Source: Squalus acanthias
Taxonomy: Eukaryota
DNA: 64,000 bases
Assembly: GCA_030390025.1 (NCBI GenBank)
Contig: CM059432.1
Coordinates: forward strand, 58,096,001 to 58,160,000
Reading direction: 5' to 3'
Shown: one piece after another, positions 36,343 through 50,667 of the stretch
Position numbering within the stretch: the first letter of the stretch is position 1
How the letters are laid out: each line of letters opens with the position of its first letter
Position numbers and translations under genes: made by a program
The notes under the pieces: model-generated
Databases searched by the model: none
Told to the model about the DNA's origin: nothing
The model's input: only the letters and a program-made list of their open reading frames with translations

Positions 36343-38500
36343 GGTCTAGAAATTCGGGTAATTACTGACCTCTGGTAAGGCCCATTTCTTGAAAGAAATG
36401 GCGGCTGCCTCACTTCCGACCCTGTCTGGCGCAGGACTCGGCGGCTGCCATTTTGGTGAGGGCCATAGCGCTGCCGTTAGCAGCACTGGCCCATGAAATG
36501 CAACGTGCAACGTTGACTTGACGTCACGCTCTGCAAACTTGGACCTTTGCGCTGACTTTAACACTGGGTCCTAAGCTCGCTCTGAAAAGCGAGCGTGCAG
36601 CAGACCTACAAAGATGCTGTCAGTCCTACTTAAAGGGACACACACATCTTTCAGGTAAGTTTGTATTTAAGCTATTGGACTTTTAAAAATATTTTATTGA
36701 AGTAGTGGCCTGGTGCAATAGATGTTAAAAGTTTTTAAAGTGTGCAGGGAGTGCAGGGAATGCTTCTGGACGCTTGCAAGGTCGCAGATGGTAAAGGAAT
36801 ATCTCTGAGAAGGCAGAAAATGCTGGAAATACTCAGCAGGTCAGACAGCATCCATGGAGAGAGAAACAGAGTTCACATCTCAGGTCAAGATGCTGCCTGA
36901 CCTGCTATGTATTTCTACTTTTATTTCAGGTTTACAGCTCACAGCGGGAAGAGGAAGATGCAGAAGAGGAGGAAGCGGAAGGAAGGATGCAAACCAGACA
37001 GCCGCTTTCTGGCCGGGATATCCGGAATGGAATCATCCGCCTGTGATACCAGTGACCACAACCCCAGTTCCCCTTTCAACATTTGTCCCACACCTTACCT
37101 TCCCTCTGTTACTGACCATCACAGCGTCCTCTTGGCCACAATGCTGAAGTAAAAGCCACCACAAAGCAAAATTTCCAATCCAACTTTATCCAAATATACA
37201 TCCAATATGACATCAAGAAATCAACTAATCACCTTTGTGCATTCCCTTAGTGACTGTCTTGTGTGTGCCTTTGCCTATCCTACTGATGTCACGCAGTGCT
37301 AACCCAGCATGGCTGGTGGAAGGCTGTTGATTTTCAGTGGGGGACACTGCAAATGGCCTTGCAGGATGACCTCGAGGAGCTGGTGGCTGGGAGTGTCAAA
37401 CTGAGTGACGGTGTTTCTTCTTCTTCTTCTTCTTCTTCTTCACTCTCCTCTCCCTCTTCTTGGTCAACCACTGGCTGGGCAGGCTGCATTTCTTGGGTGT
37501 GTGAAATGAGGAAGGCACAAGGGTGGAGTTGTGGTGAGGGGAGGGTGGAAAAGCAAGAGGTGCATGTGAGAAGGAGGATAATGTATGAGGATACCAGCAT
37601 CTTGTATCCTTTCTTCCCCACCGCTGGCCAAGGGCTCAGCCATGCCCCTGCCAAGGATGGCCAGCACTGTCTCCTCCAAGGGGGTGAAGTGAAGCTAGGA
37701 ATGGGAGGTGTGCCTCGTGTTTGGTAGAGACTGTTGGTAGGTGAGTGATGGGGTGTGGATCGTGCATTGAGCAGTGTGTGAGGCTGGTGGTGCAGTTGGC
37801 AGGAGGCAGCTTTTGAAGATGCATTCACTGACCTTGACCACTGGTCTGAGGTCATGTAGTTTCTTTGGGCACTGGAGCCAGGTGGTGGGGGCGACACTGC
37901 TGGCAGTGACGGCCTCGGTGATCTGGTCCCACATCCATCTTTCTGGAGTGCCTCCTGGCCCCTGTGGGTAGAGGACCGCTCTTGCAGGATTGACCCGCTG
38001 GACAAAGCTGGAGTGCTGCATGTGAGACCCTGGCTTGTTGAGCCATTTGTGTTAGTGCTGAAGCACTTTTACCATTTTTTGCGGTGCGGAAGGCTATTCA
38101 GCTTTAAGAGCTGAAGACTGCCATTTGGGAATTATTTTAAAAAAAAATTTCAGCAGGCAGTTGAGCTCTAAGGGCTAAAAACTGCCTATTTTAAGTGATT
38201 TTTTTTTCATTTTAGTAGACAGTTCCCCTTTAAGGGACCAACACTGCTTTCTGAAAAGACAGCCTTGCTTTAAGAGAAGGCTGTTCTTGCTCCAGGGACG
38301 TTATGGCCATGCTACATTGGGCCTTCTGCTGTGAGTAGTGCCCGAAAACCAGCCTTACACGGTAAGTTTAGCACTGCGCTAATGTTAAACAGCAGCCAGC
38401 ACCAAAATACTGGTGCTGCCTGCGCGATTAATCTGGGCATCCATTAAGTACGGCCCATGGTGGCACCGACATCTTTTCGGTGCACTCAAATTTTTAGCCC
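36343..38500. mobile_element. Harbinger deletion derivative (Myb relic on -, transposase largely lost)
   Basis: TIR GGTCTAGAAATT / AATTTTTAGCCC, TSD TCA; Myb 38046-37225; 3' intergenic segment 37093-37290 matches 2637-2830. Confidence 0.85.
36813..36930. mobile_element. Degraded fold-back Penelope-like pLTR fragment
   Basis: CAGCAGGTCAGACAGCATC...GATGCTGCCTGACCTGCT inverted pair; homologous to 55100-55167. Confidence 0.55.
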
Positions 38501-39316
38501 TCAGAGTTTCTTCAGTTCCTGGAGCCTTACTCATTTTCCTGCCATATCTAATTTTCATAATCTCTAAAAAAAAAAAAATCAAGGCCTCTAGTTCTGAGAT
38601 AAGCAGCCAAAAGCTAGTTTTGCAGATATAATTCAAAGTAGGTCATGTTTTTCAAATAGAATTGCCTCTGTGTGTTTCTCTCATTCAGACTAACCCATAC
38701 TTCGACAGAAGTGAAAAGCATTGAATAGAAGAAATAAATAGAAGCACAGAGTTAGTAATCAAGCTTAGGGAGTTTTTTAGCTTTTAAGAAATCGGGGTAG
38801 CGGGGTAAGAAGGTGAAAATCCTCTATTCGCTCATTTTGGCAGAAAAGACAATGGAAGCACGTGGCTTTCAAAAGTGCAATACCTGAAAGTGTAGGTTCA
38901 TCAATAACAACTGTGGTGAGCAATCTTTGAGGCTAATGACAGATGGCAGTTGACAAATTAATGGTGATGTGCTAATAAGTTCAGTACTGGATGATGCAAA
39001 CATATTTTTGGTGAGGGTGAATGTATACTAGAAATTGGATATGGCCTAAAAACAGGCGGTGTCACGGGCCAGTGCTATTTGCCCGTGCCCATTCAAAGTG
39101 GTCCAGACAGCATGCAAAATTCGTGCTGCCTGCTCATTATAATGATTGGAGCACTGATCTCAGCGCTAAACGCACTGCTGATTGGCTTTACGCTGAACGG
39201 GGGGCCAATATCAGGTGCAGTCTAATGGCCAATAATGTTTGGCCTAGTCTCTCTGCGCTACTTAAAGGGGAGGTGCTTTGTTGCAGAAGCATCTCAGTGT
39301 CATTGTAGAGCAAGCC

Positions 39317-40790
39317 ATGGCTCAACCAAGGGACCGAGCACGAAGGTCTTCAGATGCTGCACTGGAGGCCTTGGTCCTGGCCGTGCAACAAAGGTGGGCT
39401 GTCCTGTACCCGCAGGATGGCAGGAGGCTATCCAAGACCACTCGCAGAAGGCCCTGGGAGGAGATAGCTGACTCCATCGTGGCCACCAGTGTGGTCCCAA
39501 GGACCTGGATCCAATGCTGAAAAAGTTTAATGACCTCACACACTGCTCAATGCACTACACCCCCAGCACTCACCTATCAACAATCTCTAGCTATCACCAA
39601 GCATACCTCACAATCATGGCTTCAGTTCACCCTCACACACTTACCATTGCTGCAACACTCACACCCACATCTCACACCTTGCACACACTGACAGTTATTC
39701 AACTATGGCAGGCACATCGCCCAAACACATTGCACCACACTCACTCACACACTTCCGTTTCTCTTGCAGGTCAAGGTGGCACAAAACAGGAGTGAGCAAC
39801 GGCAGGCGGGAGGCGGCCAAGTCGCAATACAGAACCTCACAGGCCTAGAGGAATTGGTGCTTGAAAATATTGGAGGAGCAGTGGCGGAGTCTGTGGCCAC
39901 CGGAGAAGTTGAAGCCATTGATGATGATGACGGTATGGTCATACCTAATCCTTCTTCTCACATCCCACTTCCCCCTCATCCCACAATTTCTTCTCACTTA
40001 CAAGCTGCTGATGGTGTATGCATAGATATCTTGCTTCCCCCCACTCCCCTCACCACAACCCGACCCTTGTGCCTTTTTGCTTTCAGTTACTCAAGAACTG
40101 CCAGCAGGCCAGCCTGTCCCTCAGGTTAACCAAAGTGAAGGAAGAGACAAACAAGAAGAAGAAGAAGAAGAGACACCAACACTGAATTTGGCACTCACAG
40201 ACACCAGCTCAGAAAATGGCACTGTGTGGAATTTAGAGGGTAGTATAGAGGCGGGATCTGCACATGTTGAGTCACCGGACACTAATGTGCAGCAGCCAGG
40301 CCAGGAGGAAAGGGTAGCTCGGCTGCCAACTCCTCAGAGGGCGAGTTCGTGCATGAGGTCTGCTGCACAGGACTCAGATGAATACCTCGATGGGGCAGCC
40401 TTCAGAAGAAGGGTGATGGCCATGCACACCGAAATGCTAGGTGCAATGGCAAGCCTGCCAGAGCGCCTCTTGTCAGTGTCAAGGAGCATGGAGGAGTCTG
40501 ACTCCAACATTGGACGGGGCTTTGCGCTGTGCTTGGAGCCCACGATTTCCAGGAGAGATCTTGTCGACCCAGCCATGACGCTGCATGTGATGGGTGATGT
40601 CGCGGCTTCCATTGTAGCACAGGCAGAAGCGACCCAACGTCTGAGTGCTGCAGTGGAAGCTCAGACTGCTCTCCTGCAGGCTCAGCTTGCTGCCACGCAA
40701 GCTCAGACTGCTACCATTGTTGCTGGGTTTACGAGTGTCGAAAGGGGCTGACAGGGTGTCGCAGCAGCCCAGCAATTTCAGCTTTGTGAC
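39317..40790 (+). pseudogene. Harbinger Myb/SANT-like gene relic
   Basis: MAQPRDRARRSSDAALEALV...RTWIQC*KKFNDL; exon 2 VKVAQNRSEQRQAGGG; exon 3 ORF 40077-40751. Confidence 0.85.
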
Positions 40791-40869
40791 GCTGTGATGC
40801 TCTGTGACAGAGGGATGGTATGATGGGGATATGATGAACAACAGGGATCTAGGGGTTCATTTACTGGAA

Positions 40870-42004
40870 TTAGAGTCTGATGAGGCGTTCACGGACAGCC
40901 CATCCGGAACGGGGATTTACTGCCTGCCTCCTCCCTCCCTTCTCTTCCTCTTCCTTCTCCTGGTCCTCATCCTCTTCCTCCTCCACTTCCTCTCCCTCCT
41001 CCTCCTGAGGTGGTTCTGCAATCCCTGCTGGCAAGGGCTGTGCCCTCATGGTGGTCAAGTTGTGAAGCATGCAGCAGACCACCGGCGAGTACTGGAGGGC
41101 TCCTCCCGAGCGGTCAAGGAAGCGGAACCGTTGCTTGAGCATCCCGATGGTCTGCTCGATTATGTTCCTGGTGGCAGCATAGCTCTCATTATATGAGTAC
41201 TGTGCACAAGTGGTGGGGTTGCGGAGGGGAGTCATCAGTCAGGTGCAGAGCGGATAGCCCTTGTCTCTGAGCAGCCACGCTCAGGTTTGACATGGTGGCT
41301 GGAAGATTGCTGGCACACTGGACTGACGCAGGATGAAGGCATCATGACTGCTGCCAGGATAGCGGGCATTGACCATCATGATGCGTTGGATGTGGTCACA
41401 CAGCAACTGCACATTAAGTGAGTGGTAGCCTTTGCGGTTATGGAACATCTCAGGATTGGTATATGGTGCCCGCAAAGCCACATGTGTGCAGTCCATGGTG
41501 CCCTGAACCCCGGGGAAGCCTACTATCCTGGCAAAGCCACATGCGTGCTCGTCCTGCTTCTCTCTGTTCAGAGAGAAGACAATGTAGTCTCTTCTCCTGG
41601 AGTAGCGAGCCCTTGTTGCCTCCCAGATGCAGCGATGGACGGCGAACTGGGAAATGTTAGTTATGTCTCCTACTGCAGACTGGAACGATCTGCTGGCGAA
41701 GAAATTGAGGGCCACTGGGAGAGCCAGGTCGCCCTGCTGTGAGGCTGCAGGTTTGGTTGCAGGAGGAGGCAGACTTCTTGCTGAAGCGCAGCCTCCCAAT
41801 ACACTGCTCCTTGCTTAAGTGGAGGTAAGAGAAGTGCTTTCGGAAGACCATAGGTGGGTAAGGCCTCCTGTTGAGAGCCCTCCTGGCCCTCCTCCTCCTC
41901 CCTCTGTGAGCATCTTCTCCTCGTCTTCGCTGCCTCCACTCCCTCTCCCGAAAATACTCGAGTGCGAGGGGGACTGCAAGTCGAGCCCCCAAGACTGTGA
42001 GCAA
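40870..42004 (-). pseudogene. HARBI1-like transposase relic
   Basis: RRPYPP, GTMDCTH, PGSSHD, IEQTIG, CCMLHN across frameshifts and stops. Confidence 0.9.
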
Positions 42005-43578
42005 GTGGTGTGAGCAGAAGCCTTTAAATGAGAATCAAGGCCTTCTCCACTTTCAGCAACGCTCACTGTGACCTCAGCAACTTTAAACAAGTTTAGAAAG
42101 CTGCAAGAGTTGCAGAAACTTAGAGAGAGCCAGTTAAACTGTGAACCCATGTCAGCTGTAAGTTGTTGTTGATGCTCCCTTTAAATAGCGCTCCTAGGGG
42201 CTCCTTCCAGCTGGTCGTAATTAAGATCGGGCGGTAAGTGGAGCGGAAACATCGAAAATAGCAGATCCTGCGTCAAATGAGCGTTGCACATTAACGTCAC
42301 GATCTGCCTCATTTACCTTTCTCTAGCGAGTGCTGGCAACGGCAGCGCTGCCAACCCGCCGAAAATGGCGGAGGCCGCGGGACCCGCTGGATGTGGGTGG
42401 AAGCAAGTCGGCCGCCATTTTTCATCAAAACGGGCCTTAATGGCCGGCACTAAACCCCCGAATTTCTAGGCCTGTGTGTTCAAATATTCAAGGGAAATAC
42501 CAGATATGGCAAAAAAGGTAGTCGAAGTGAAAATAATACGGTTGTTAAAATTACATTATATACGCCCTGATGGAAAAGAGAATGGCCCTGAAATTACTCA
42601 GAGCACGCTGTCGTAATCCATTTGAAAGGTCCCGCAACTTCCAGGTGTGCAAAATCCGGAATTTATGATCTGCCATGGTATGCCTTGACAGATCATCCGA
42701 ACCGACTGTAAAGTGAGTATCGTTGGCGCAGAGTTGGGCTATTTGCCCAACAACTGCCCAGCAATTGCCCACGAAACTCCTACGCCTGCGCTTGCTTTCA
42801 TCAGCGTAAGGATATATATAAGTCTTAAATTAAACATTTAAAAATCAAAAATGATGCACATACACTTTAAATTAGCTTATGCAACTATTGGCCCAAATTA
42901 AGATGTTTAAAATTATTTATCAAAATATTAAATTTTTATTGAGGTTGGTGCAATGAAAGGACTTATGAATAAAATTGAAATTCAGTACATTTATATTTAT
43001 TAGAATTGTGTAAATTATATAATTATTTGGGGATTCCATTGCATATCATTAGGCGATTCCCTTCGTAAATGATTGCAATGGCCAGGTGGCATATCTCAGT
43101 CCCAACTTCCCCAGTGAGCCTGAGCCTCCTCATGCACTGTTCCTCCACCATGCCCTGGTAGACCCACTGTTGCAGTAGACCCACTGCCTATGGTAGTACC
43201 TGGTGTATATGTATATGCCATCTGTGTTCCTGTGCACACTCTCCTTTTCTTCCTACTCTATTGTAACATACTGGCCACCGGCCGTTGCACCTGTGTTTTC
43301 AGGTAGAAAAGTCCATTATTCACCTTTTTTTAACTGCTGTAGTGACCATTTGAACATTTCAGCCTTTTTAAATTCATTAACTACAGAACTAACCTTGAAT
43401 CAAATATTGACTTTCAATTTGACTGCCTAATTATGGAATATTGCGTGAGTTCATCATTGGTGCCACCAACGTAGTCTTAACAAACAAGAAACAGTTTTTA
43501 CTTACTTTTTGCCAACGTTTGTTAATTCATTTGTTTCTGAAGGAGTAGGAATCCTCAGATCATATCATTGCAGACATA

Positions 43579-44034
43579 GGGCTGGATTTTCATTGACCTG
43601 TGGAGGCAGGTTTGGAAGCGTGTGGGGGGTTAAAATTGCGAAAACTGGCGGGCGAGCACAAGTCCGCCTCCATCCCGCCTCCACGCAATTTTCATTAAAT
43701 CGTGTCTGCTGGTCCCGACTCCGTTCCGCCTTTAAGAGGCGGGATAGGCTGTTAAGGCTCTTAACAAGCACTAAATTGGCTCTATAATGCCATTTTGAAA
43801 GGCCTTTGTGATTTTAACCCTTGATCTACATGAAGCACGCCTGTTCTGAACCACGATTGTGAAACCTGGCGGGAGCACATTTGGATAGCTGACTATCAGC
43901 TGCAGGTCCACTATTACAATGGAGATGTGATGAAGGTAGTAGTAGTATTAGGTCTGAAAGTCGCCTCTGATGCTGCTGCATTGAATGTCTTCAGCGACTG
44001 CCTGGCCTTTGCTGTGAGAGGACCTGGCTGCAAA

Positions 44035-44069
<35 letters not shown>

Positions 44070-44074
44070 GGTCT

Positions 44075-44112
<38 letters not shown>

Positions 44113-44362
44113 GTCTGCTGCTCATTTTGCATCCAGGTCCTCTCACAGCAAAGGCCAGACAATCTCTGAAGACCTGCAATGCAGCAGCAATGATGACATC
44201 ATCAAAGGCGACTTTCAGACTGAAACCACTAATTGGTTCATGGGTTCCCACATGCTGGAACTCAATTGCCCAATTAGGTGAAAATTGCATCAATCTCCCA
44301 CATCCAATTGCAGTCGGGTGGATAACACGACCCCAACCCGCCCCAGTATCAAAATCCAGCCC
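43579..44362. mobile_element. Harbinger-type MITE with internal inverted repeat and CT microsatellite
   Basis: Perfect 12-bp TIR GGGCTGGATTTT / AAAATCCAGCCC; TSD not clean (ATA/TGA). Confidence 0.8.
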
Positions 44363-44369
44363 TGAGTAA

Positions 44370-44620
44370 AGATGAGGAGGACCATTCAGCCCATCCTAGG
44401 CCATCCATCCTGAAAGACCCAATACTCCCACCATCACATCACCCAACTGTTTCTTCAATGATTCTAGGGATTTTGTCTCCATTACTATACCCATAAATCC
44501 ATTCCATGCGTTGCTCATTCTTTGTGTGAAGAACTTCCTGACTCAATCCTAAATTTGCCTTTTACTAGTTTGAACCTGTACCCTCTTGTCCAATTGTCAC
44601 AGTTTAGTTTGAAATAGTTC
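44370..44620 (-). mobile_element. Degenerate CR1 3' fragment
   Basis: CCATTCAGCCCATC tail; CTTTGTGTGAAGAA and CCCTCTTGTCC (TRG) segments as in the other CR1s. Confidence 0.55.
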
Positions 44621-44950
44621 AGCATCAAACATGAATGAAACGTTCACTTTCGACTGACATCACACCACTTTCTACTCACAACTACTTATTTGATAAAGTT
44701 AGTGGACTGGAAACCATGGCAAAATGACAGTTATTTTATATGGTGCAGCATCAATTATTCCCACTGCAGACTGGAGCAATGGCCAACACAGACATTTTAT
44801 AACTCAGATCATGTTGTCTGCTAAAATGCCTCAATAACACACACACAAAATGCATCAGGTTCTAAAACTGTGAATGCACAAAACGCTGTAGAATGCAGTG
44901 GCCTTCTAAAAATAAAATGTAAAACCTGTCAACTTTTGGTGAACAATGTA

Positions 44951-45275
44951 CAGGAAACTCTCGTTTAAACGGCACCTAAATATCCGGAATTCTCTATTAG
45001 CCGGCAAAATTCATACTTCGAAAACAACACCTCAATAACCGGAAATGTTGCCGAGTCCGAGTCTCCCGCGGTGGCCGAGTTAGTCAGTGGGGGTAGTTCT
45101 CCAAACTGCCACTACTCGGCTTCCTGGCGCTGTCAGAAGTCCGAACACCTCAATAACAGAAATCTGACTCTTTGTTAAAAATAGCCTCGGTAGATAACCC
45201 TCTCCGTCATCCGGAATTTTTTATCAACCGGCACCATCCCGGTCCCTTCGGTACCGGATACCAAAGAGTTTCCTG
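44951..45275. mobile_element. Tc1/mariner-superfamily (pogo/Tigger-like) MITE
   Basis: TIR CAGGAAACTCT / AGAGTTTCCTG with TA TSD on both sides. Confidence 0.85.
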
Positions 45276-47295
45276 TAAAAGCTGTCATACACTTTGATAC
45301 AGAAATTCCTGGATTTTCCTTCTTGCCTGCTTCGTTCTGTGGTTATGATTGTTGTCTGCTAATCTATCTTGCATTATTTTCCACCATCCTTCATCTGCTG
45401 TTGCTTCCATTTTCTGCTTCTTGATTATACAAATTATTTTATTGCTTCCCTCTGTGATTTTAATCAGGGCTCTCTCTTCTCTGAGTTCTCAAGCTTTACA
45501 CCAGCTGTTCCCTCTAACACTAATTCTCTCTTACTAATCCCTCTCACTTCGTTCTTTATGTTTTGTCTTTGTTCAACTCTGCCTCTTTCTTTGTATGTCT
45601 ATACCACCCCCCATTGTATTTCTTTCTCTTGTTTCTTCAGGATGTTACATTGCACTTGTAGCCCTCAGAACCTTTTGCCTTCCTCCCTGCATCCTGTAAT
45701 ACCTCGGGTGATCACACATGATATTGTGCTAACAATTACTGAAGGTTACAGCTTCACAAATCTCTTTGGATTTAGCCACACTGGCTTGATTAATTGAACT
45801 GTTATCTTCAGTCAAATTATAAACATGTTCAGCTGATTGATCAGTATTAGAATATAATCGAGATTTACATCTTCTTACCTCCCAATTTTTGAATGTGTTT
45901 GGGCAGGTGGAGCAAGAAATGGGCCAGGAGTCCTTTAAGTTAGATCCATGCCTACTTTAGTGCCCACCTATTTTCGACAGACGGCAGAAGCTCTTGCCCT
46001 AAAATGGGACCTGTACTTAAATGTGGCAGTAATTACATGGTGATACCATGCATACCATTTTCTGTCATTGCCCCCTCATTTACATTCAGTGTTAATCCAC
46101 CTATTTACAACAGGCGTCCAGGGTTGCTAGGTGCTGGGGAAAAGAGTCAAACACAGATATTTCAAAGCTTTTCCCAATCCTTATTTCTCCACGGATTTGA
46201 ATTATTTTGTTTTGCTTCTTTCAACTACTTTACAATCAGCCTTTCTGCCATTTGCTCGATTCCCCCCCCTTAGACAGGGCACAAAATGGACGTCCCATTA
46301 GGGAATTCCCTCTATCTTTGCTCCCTGGAAGTAGGCTGCACCGGGGATGCATGGCACCTAGCCAGCAGTAGCCCCATGCCTGAGGATACGGGCAGAGGCA
46401 ACCCCTACCTGCATTTACCCAAGGAGCAGTAGCAGCCTAAAGAGGATGCGGAGCATAGCTTTTTCCAGCCAGTAAGGCACGTACACGTCACACTGATACA
46501 GGAAGCCTCCTCTTGACTACCACATCTGGACAACGTACAAACAATCCTGTGTACATCTCCCACCATCCCACCTTCCTATCACTCACATGACATTATCTAC
46601 AGAACCTTCGCTGTGCAAATCAACTCACATAGTCAGCAAAGCCATTTTCTAAACTTGTCAGGAACAAAGTCTGGACATGCAAATCTTTAGTGTAAGTGTC
46701 AAGTGCTTCTTTTCATTGTGCACCCCTTGGGTACCAGTGTGTGATGTGAACTGTTAACCTTAATCTAGTGTGCCTCCCAGGTGCTACCTAAGCAGCAGAT
46801 GTGCATGAGGTGGATGGCTTGAAGGGATATTTACTAGTCCTAGCCCCTTTGGGGCTATCCCGGATCAGGCGTATTTCTCAGACGTTCACTTTCAACTAAA
46901 GTTTGAGGTAGCCGAATCCTAAAGACGCTTAATTGGGTCTAAAGGTCCAGACTATCTCTCCCTAAAGGAAAGCAACAACCCAAGAATGTTACCGTCCTCC
47001 AGATAGCACTTTTAATAAGTTTAGCTAGACTGTAACGTTCCGGATATTATTAGGGTCCAGAAAACTCCCCCAGAATTCTGTAACTCTCCACCAAAGAGTG
47101 TACAGAGATTGAGTTCGCGAGTTTTTGATACAGAAGCCTTACGTGAGACAATTCTAAAAATATATAGATTTATTCAAGAACCGACATGCAATTTACAGTT
47201 GGTGAATCAATCGCAACATTAACAGTTCCAAAAAGAGAAAACTTACGATCTTATTATCAGAGAATCTTACTTTTAAATCTTAACTTTGCTACAAT

Positions 47296-48058
47296 GGCCC
47301 AGAAATTTGACTCGGAGGCTTGCCGCGGGGGTAAGGATCGCGCGCGATATCACACTCCGCGCCGGCCGTTGTGTTTTGGGCCCACAGGAACTTCGGGTCC
47401 TGGGCCTCTCCCTAGTGCCGGCGCGCAGTGCTTGCGTGTCCCAGGGGCGCAGTTAGTGCGATGCGACCTCTGGGATCACGTGGGCCATGGAGAGCCAATG
47501 GCAGCAGACCATCTTTCATTCATAGATTTGACAGGAGACCTGTCAAATCTGTGAATTGAAAGAGACCCCAAAAGAACAGCTAAATCTCAAATAAATTAAA
47601 AAAAAACCATCACATTAATAAAATAACTATAGTTAAATAAATTAACCACTTTAAACAAAAATGTAAATTTTTGAAAAAATTAAAAAATGTTTTAAAAGTT
47701 ATAAAAATAAACTTACCTTTCTTTAAAGTCTCTAAAAAATATAAACCTGTTGAAAAAAATTAAAAATTATACTTAATTAACTACTTACCTTGTTCAAAAG
47801 GGGTCTTACGCCTCCTTTTTTCTTGTGTAAAATCTTCCATACATACCCTCGCGTTGAAACCTGAAAAAAAACCTAAGTGTGCTGCGTGCGCGCAGCCTCT
47901 AGTGCGCACGCGGTTCACCTAGGAACCGCCCCCTTCGCCATACCGGAAGTGCCGGTTTCCCGCGCATGCGCAGTGCATGCAGGAAACCGGCACTTCGGGA
48001 CCGAATACGGGTGAGTACACAGTGCGTACTCTCCCATATTTGGCCAAATTTTTGGGCC
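47296..48058. mobile_element. Harbinger-type MITE, inverted relative of 8494-9257
   Basis: TIR GGCCCAGAAATTTG / CAAATTTTTGGGCC, TSD AAT. Confidence 0.9.
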
Positions 48059-48496
48059 AATATTACAGTTCTTAAAGTTCTTATACAGGCAGGATATCCA
48101 CCAATATCAAGTAGCTTTGATCCCCGAGGTACAAAGGGGGAAAACTTCAGTATCGCCCCGTTTGGGGCGCCATTATCGGCCATGCGCAAAGTTTAGCGCC
48201 TGGCACTAATTATCGCCTCCGACTGCAAACTTGGCTTTTATCCCCCCTGGAGGTGATTGGAGCGCTAAATCAGGCGCTACACACCTGTCTTAAGGCGCAA
48301 AGGCCGAGGAGCGAGGCGCTAACTCAGAGCGCGGGCGCAGCGCAGGTGCTGTCAGTTAATGATGGAACACAGACACACTGGCGCCGGACAGTTCTTAAAG
48401 GGGTGGGTCGATCTTGCACTCCAGCCACACCCTGCTCATTGGAGCCTGGAATCTAGGCCTGGAGAGACCTGTGCCTAAATCTTCCAGCCAAGAACT

Positions 48497-50369
48497 ATGG
48501 AGAGGGTGAGAGAACGAGCTCAGCGCTTCAGCGAGCGGGCCTTGGATGCTCTGGTTGGCGCGGTGGAGCGCAGAAGATCTATACTCTACCCTGAGAGTGG
48601 CAGGAGGCCTTTGCCGCGCGAGTACAAAAGAGTGTGGAGGGAGGTGGCTCAGAGCGTCTCCTCCAGGAGCATGGTGCCCAGGACCCATACTCAATGTCGC
48701 AAAAAGTTCAACGACCTCACTCGGGTCGTCAGGGTGAGTGGCTTTTTTTCAATACCTCTCCATCCCTCCATCTCAACCTCACTCTATGGCCAAAGGGTCT
48801 TAAAACCCCAATGCCCAACACTCATCCAACACCTATGGCCCTCTCATGAAACACACACGCACATTCTACACTTTGCATACAGTAAGGGCTATTCCCCTAT
48901 GGGAGGCACATCAGGCAAGACCATGGCTGCATACAGTAAGGGCTATTCACCTATGGGAGGCACATCAGGCAAGACCATGGCTGCATACAGTAAGGGCTAT
49001 TCAATTATGGGAGGCACATCAGGCAAGACCATGGCTGTATTTTACTCAGACGCCATCCTTTTTCTTGCAGGCCAAGCTATCTCATAATAGGAGACAGCAG
49101 CAACGGATGGGTGGAGGGCAGCCTCAGCTGCAACCCCTCAGTGATCTTGAGGCGTGCGTCCACAGGATTGTGGCAAGCCAGGTGATCGGTCCTGTCGCCC
49201 CTGGAGAGGCCGACCCCATTCTGGACAGCAATGGTAAGGTGATCACCTTTTTCTCCTCTCTCCTTCCACTTGTCCCTCACAACACCAGCCTTTGACACTT
49301 TCAATCCAACTTACTAAATCGCTGCACTCCTTCCTCCCTTACTGCCCCCCTGTCCTCACGCTAAAGCCACTCTTGTACCTCCCTGCTTTCAGATGGTGAT
49401 TCACCAGCTGAGGAGACGGGCTCTCAAGCTGCCAGTGGGAGTGAAGCTGCAGGCAAGGAGGAAGAGGAAGCCGGAGCATCAGCGCCACCCTCTCCCGAGG
49501 AAGCCCATGCCCACACTGGGAACACGTCTTCCCTGAAGGGGAGCAGGGGGGAAGGGTCTGATGAGGGTGAAGCTCCAGGACCCAGCGGGCTGGAGCAACG
49601 CCATGGGGGTAGGGAATCTCGGGGGCCTTCTCCCCGGAGGGAGAGTAGGCCAGCGAGTTCTGCTGCACTGGACGCAGAGGAAGAGCGGCTCATCGCTGAA
49701 ATGAACACCCAGGCGGTGGACATGCACACTGAGCTCATGGGTGCAGTGGGAAGGGTGCCCGAATGCATTGAATCACTGGCAAGGGGTGTGGAGCACTTCG
49801 CTGTAGCACAGGCGGATGCCATGCTAAAGCTTAGTGCTGCAATTCAGTCACTGGCTGCCATGACCCCATCTCAGACTGCTCTCATGCAGACTCAGATTGA
49901 GGTCACGCAAGCACTGACTGCTGCCATTGTCGCTGGTTCGGACACATTTCCCCGGGGCTCTCACCGCGCTGCAGCAGGCCAGCAATCTGTGCTCCAGCAG
50001 ATTGCTCCGGATGCTGAAGTGCTGCTCCGTGGGAGTGCCAGTGTGTCGGTCGAGCAGGGAGTTGCTGTCCTCTCTCACGATGACAGCATTCCTGCTGCCA
50101 ACACTGTCACTTCTCCATTGCACTTGCCACCGCCTGTAGGCCAGACTGCTGCCGCCCATGCAGAGTTGGTGCAGTCTGCAGCCGGGCCCTCCAGGCCCAG
50201 AGCTGGTCGAGGCTGTCCTTCAAGGGCATCTGTAGTCTCAGGTTCTGACAATCAGCAGCCTTCCACCAGCCTTGCTGCAGCCACTGGGGCCCCATTACGG
50301 AGGAGCAGTAGGGTGGGAAGGGGGGAAGTGCGCAAGGGAAGGAGATCACCCTCGAAGGGCAAAAAGTAG
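48497..50369 (+). CDS. Apparently intact Harbinger Myb/SANT-like protein (458 aa); exons 48497-48733, 49071-49233, 49393-50369
   Basis: 237+163+977 nt = 459 codons including stop; manual translation found no internal stop; canonical splice sites. Confidence 0.85.
48875..49036. repeat. 3 x 54-bp tandem repeat in Myb intron 1
   Basis: Same unit as 31369-31530 with a few substitutions. Confidence 0.95.
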
Positions 50370-50667
50370 GAGGTGTGACAAAATGTTTGTCAATTTTTTA
50401 TTAAAGGCCGAGGTTCGTGGTCAAACTTTTGTTTAGTGTTTTGGACATTATCTCCAGGTTGTGAGAACCAGTTATGTTAATGAATGAATTTTTGTGTTTG
50501 TTTCTATTAGTTTGTCATGAAGAAATGACACACACAGAGTTTGTAAAATAAAAAATTTTTTGTATTCAAAATGTACATGTTTGGTCTTTGGAATCATTGT
50601 TGCCTTGGCCGGCTTAGGGTTCATTCATGTTGTTCTCCATGGCAGAAGCCATTTCCTCAGCAGGGGC

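Larger units (their letters stand above)
39025..42472. mobile_element. PIF/Harbinger two-gene element, degenerate
   Basis: CTAGAAATT / AATTTCTAGGCC ends, TGT flanks; Myb (+) and transposase (-). Confidence 0.85.

Noticed and set aside
42586..43310. Additional Harbinger-type MITE starting GGCCCTGAAATT
   Set aside because: Matching right TIR and TSD could not be identified
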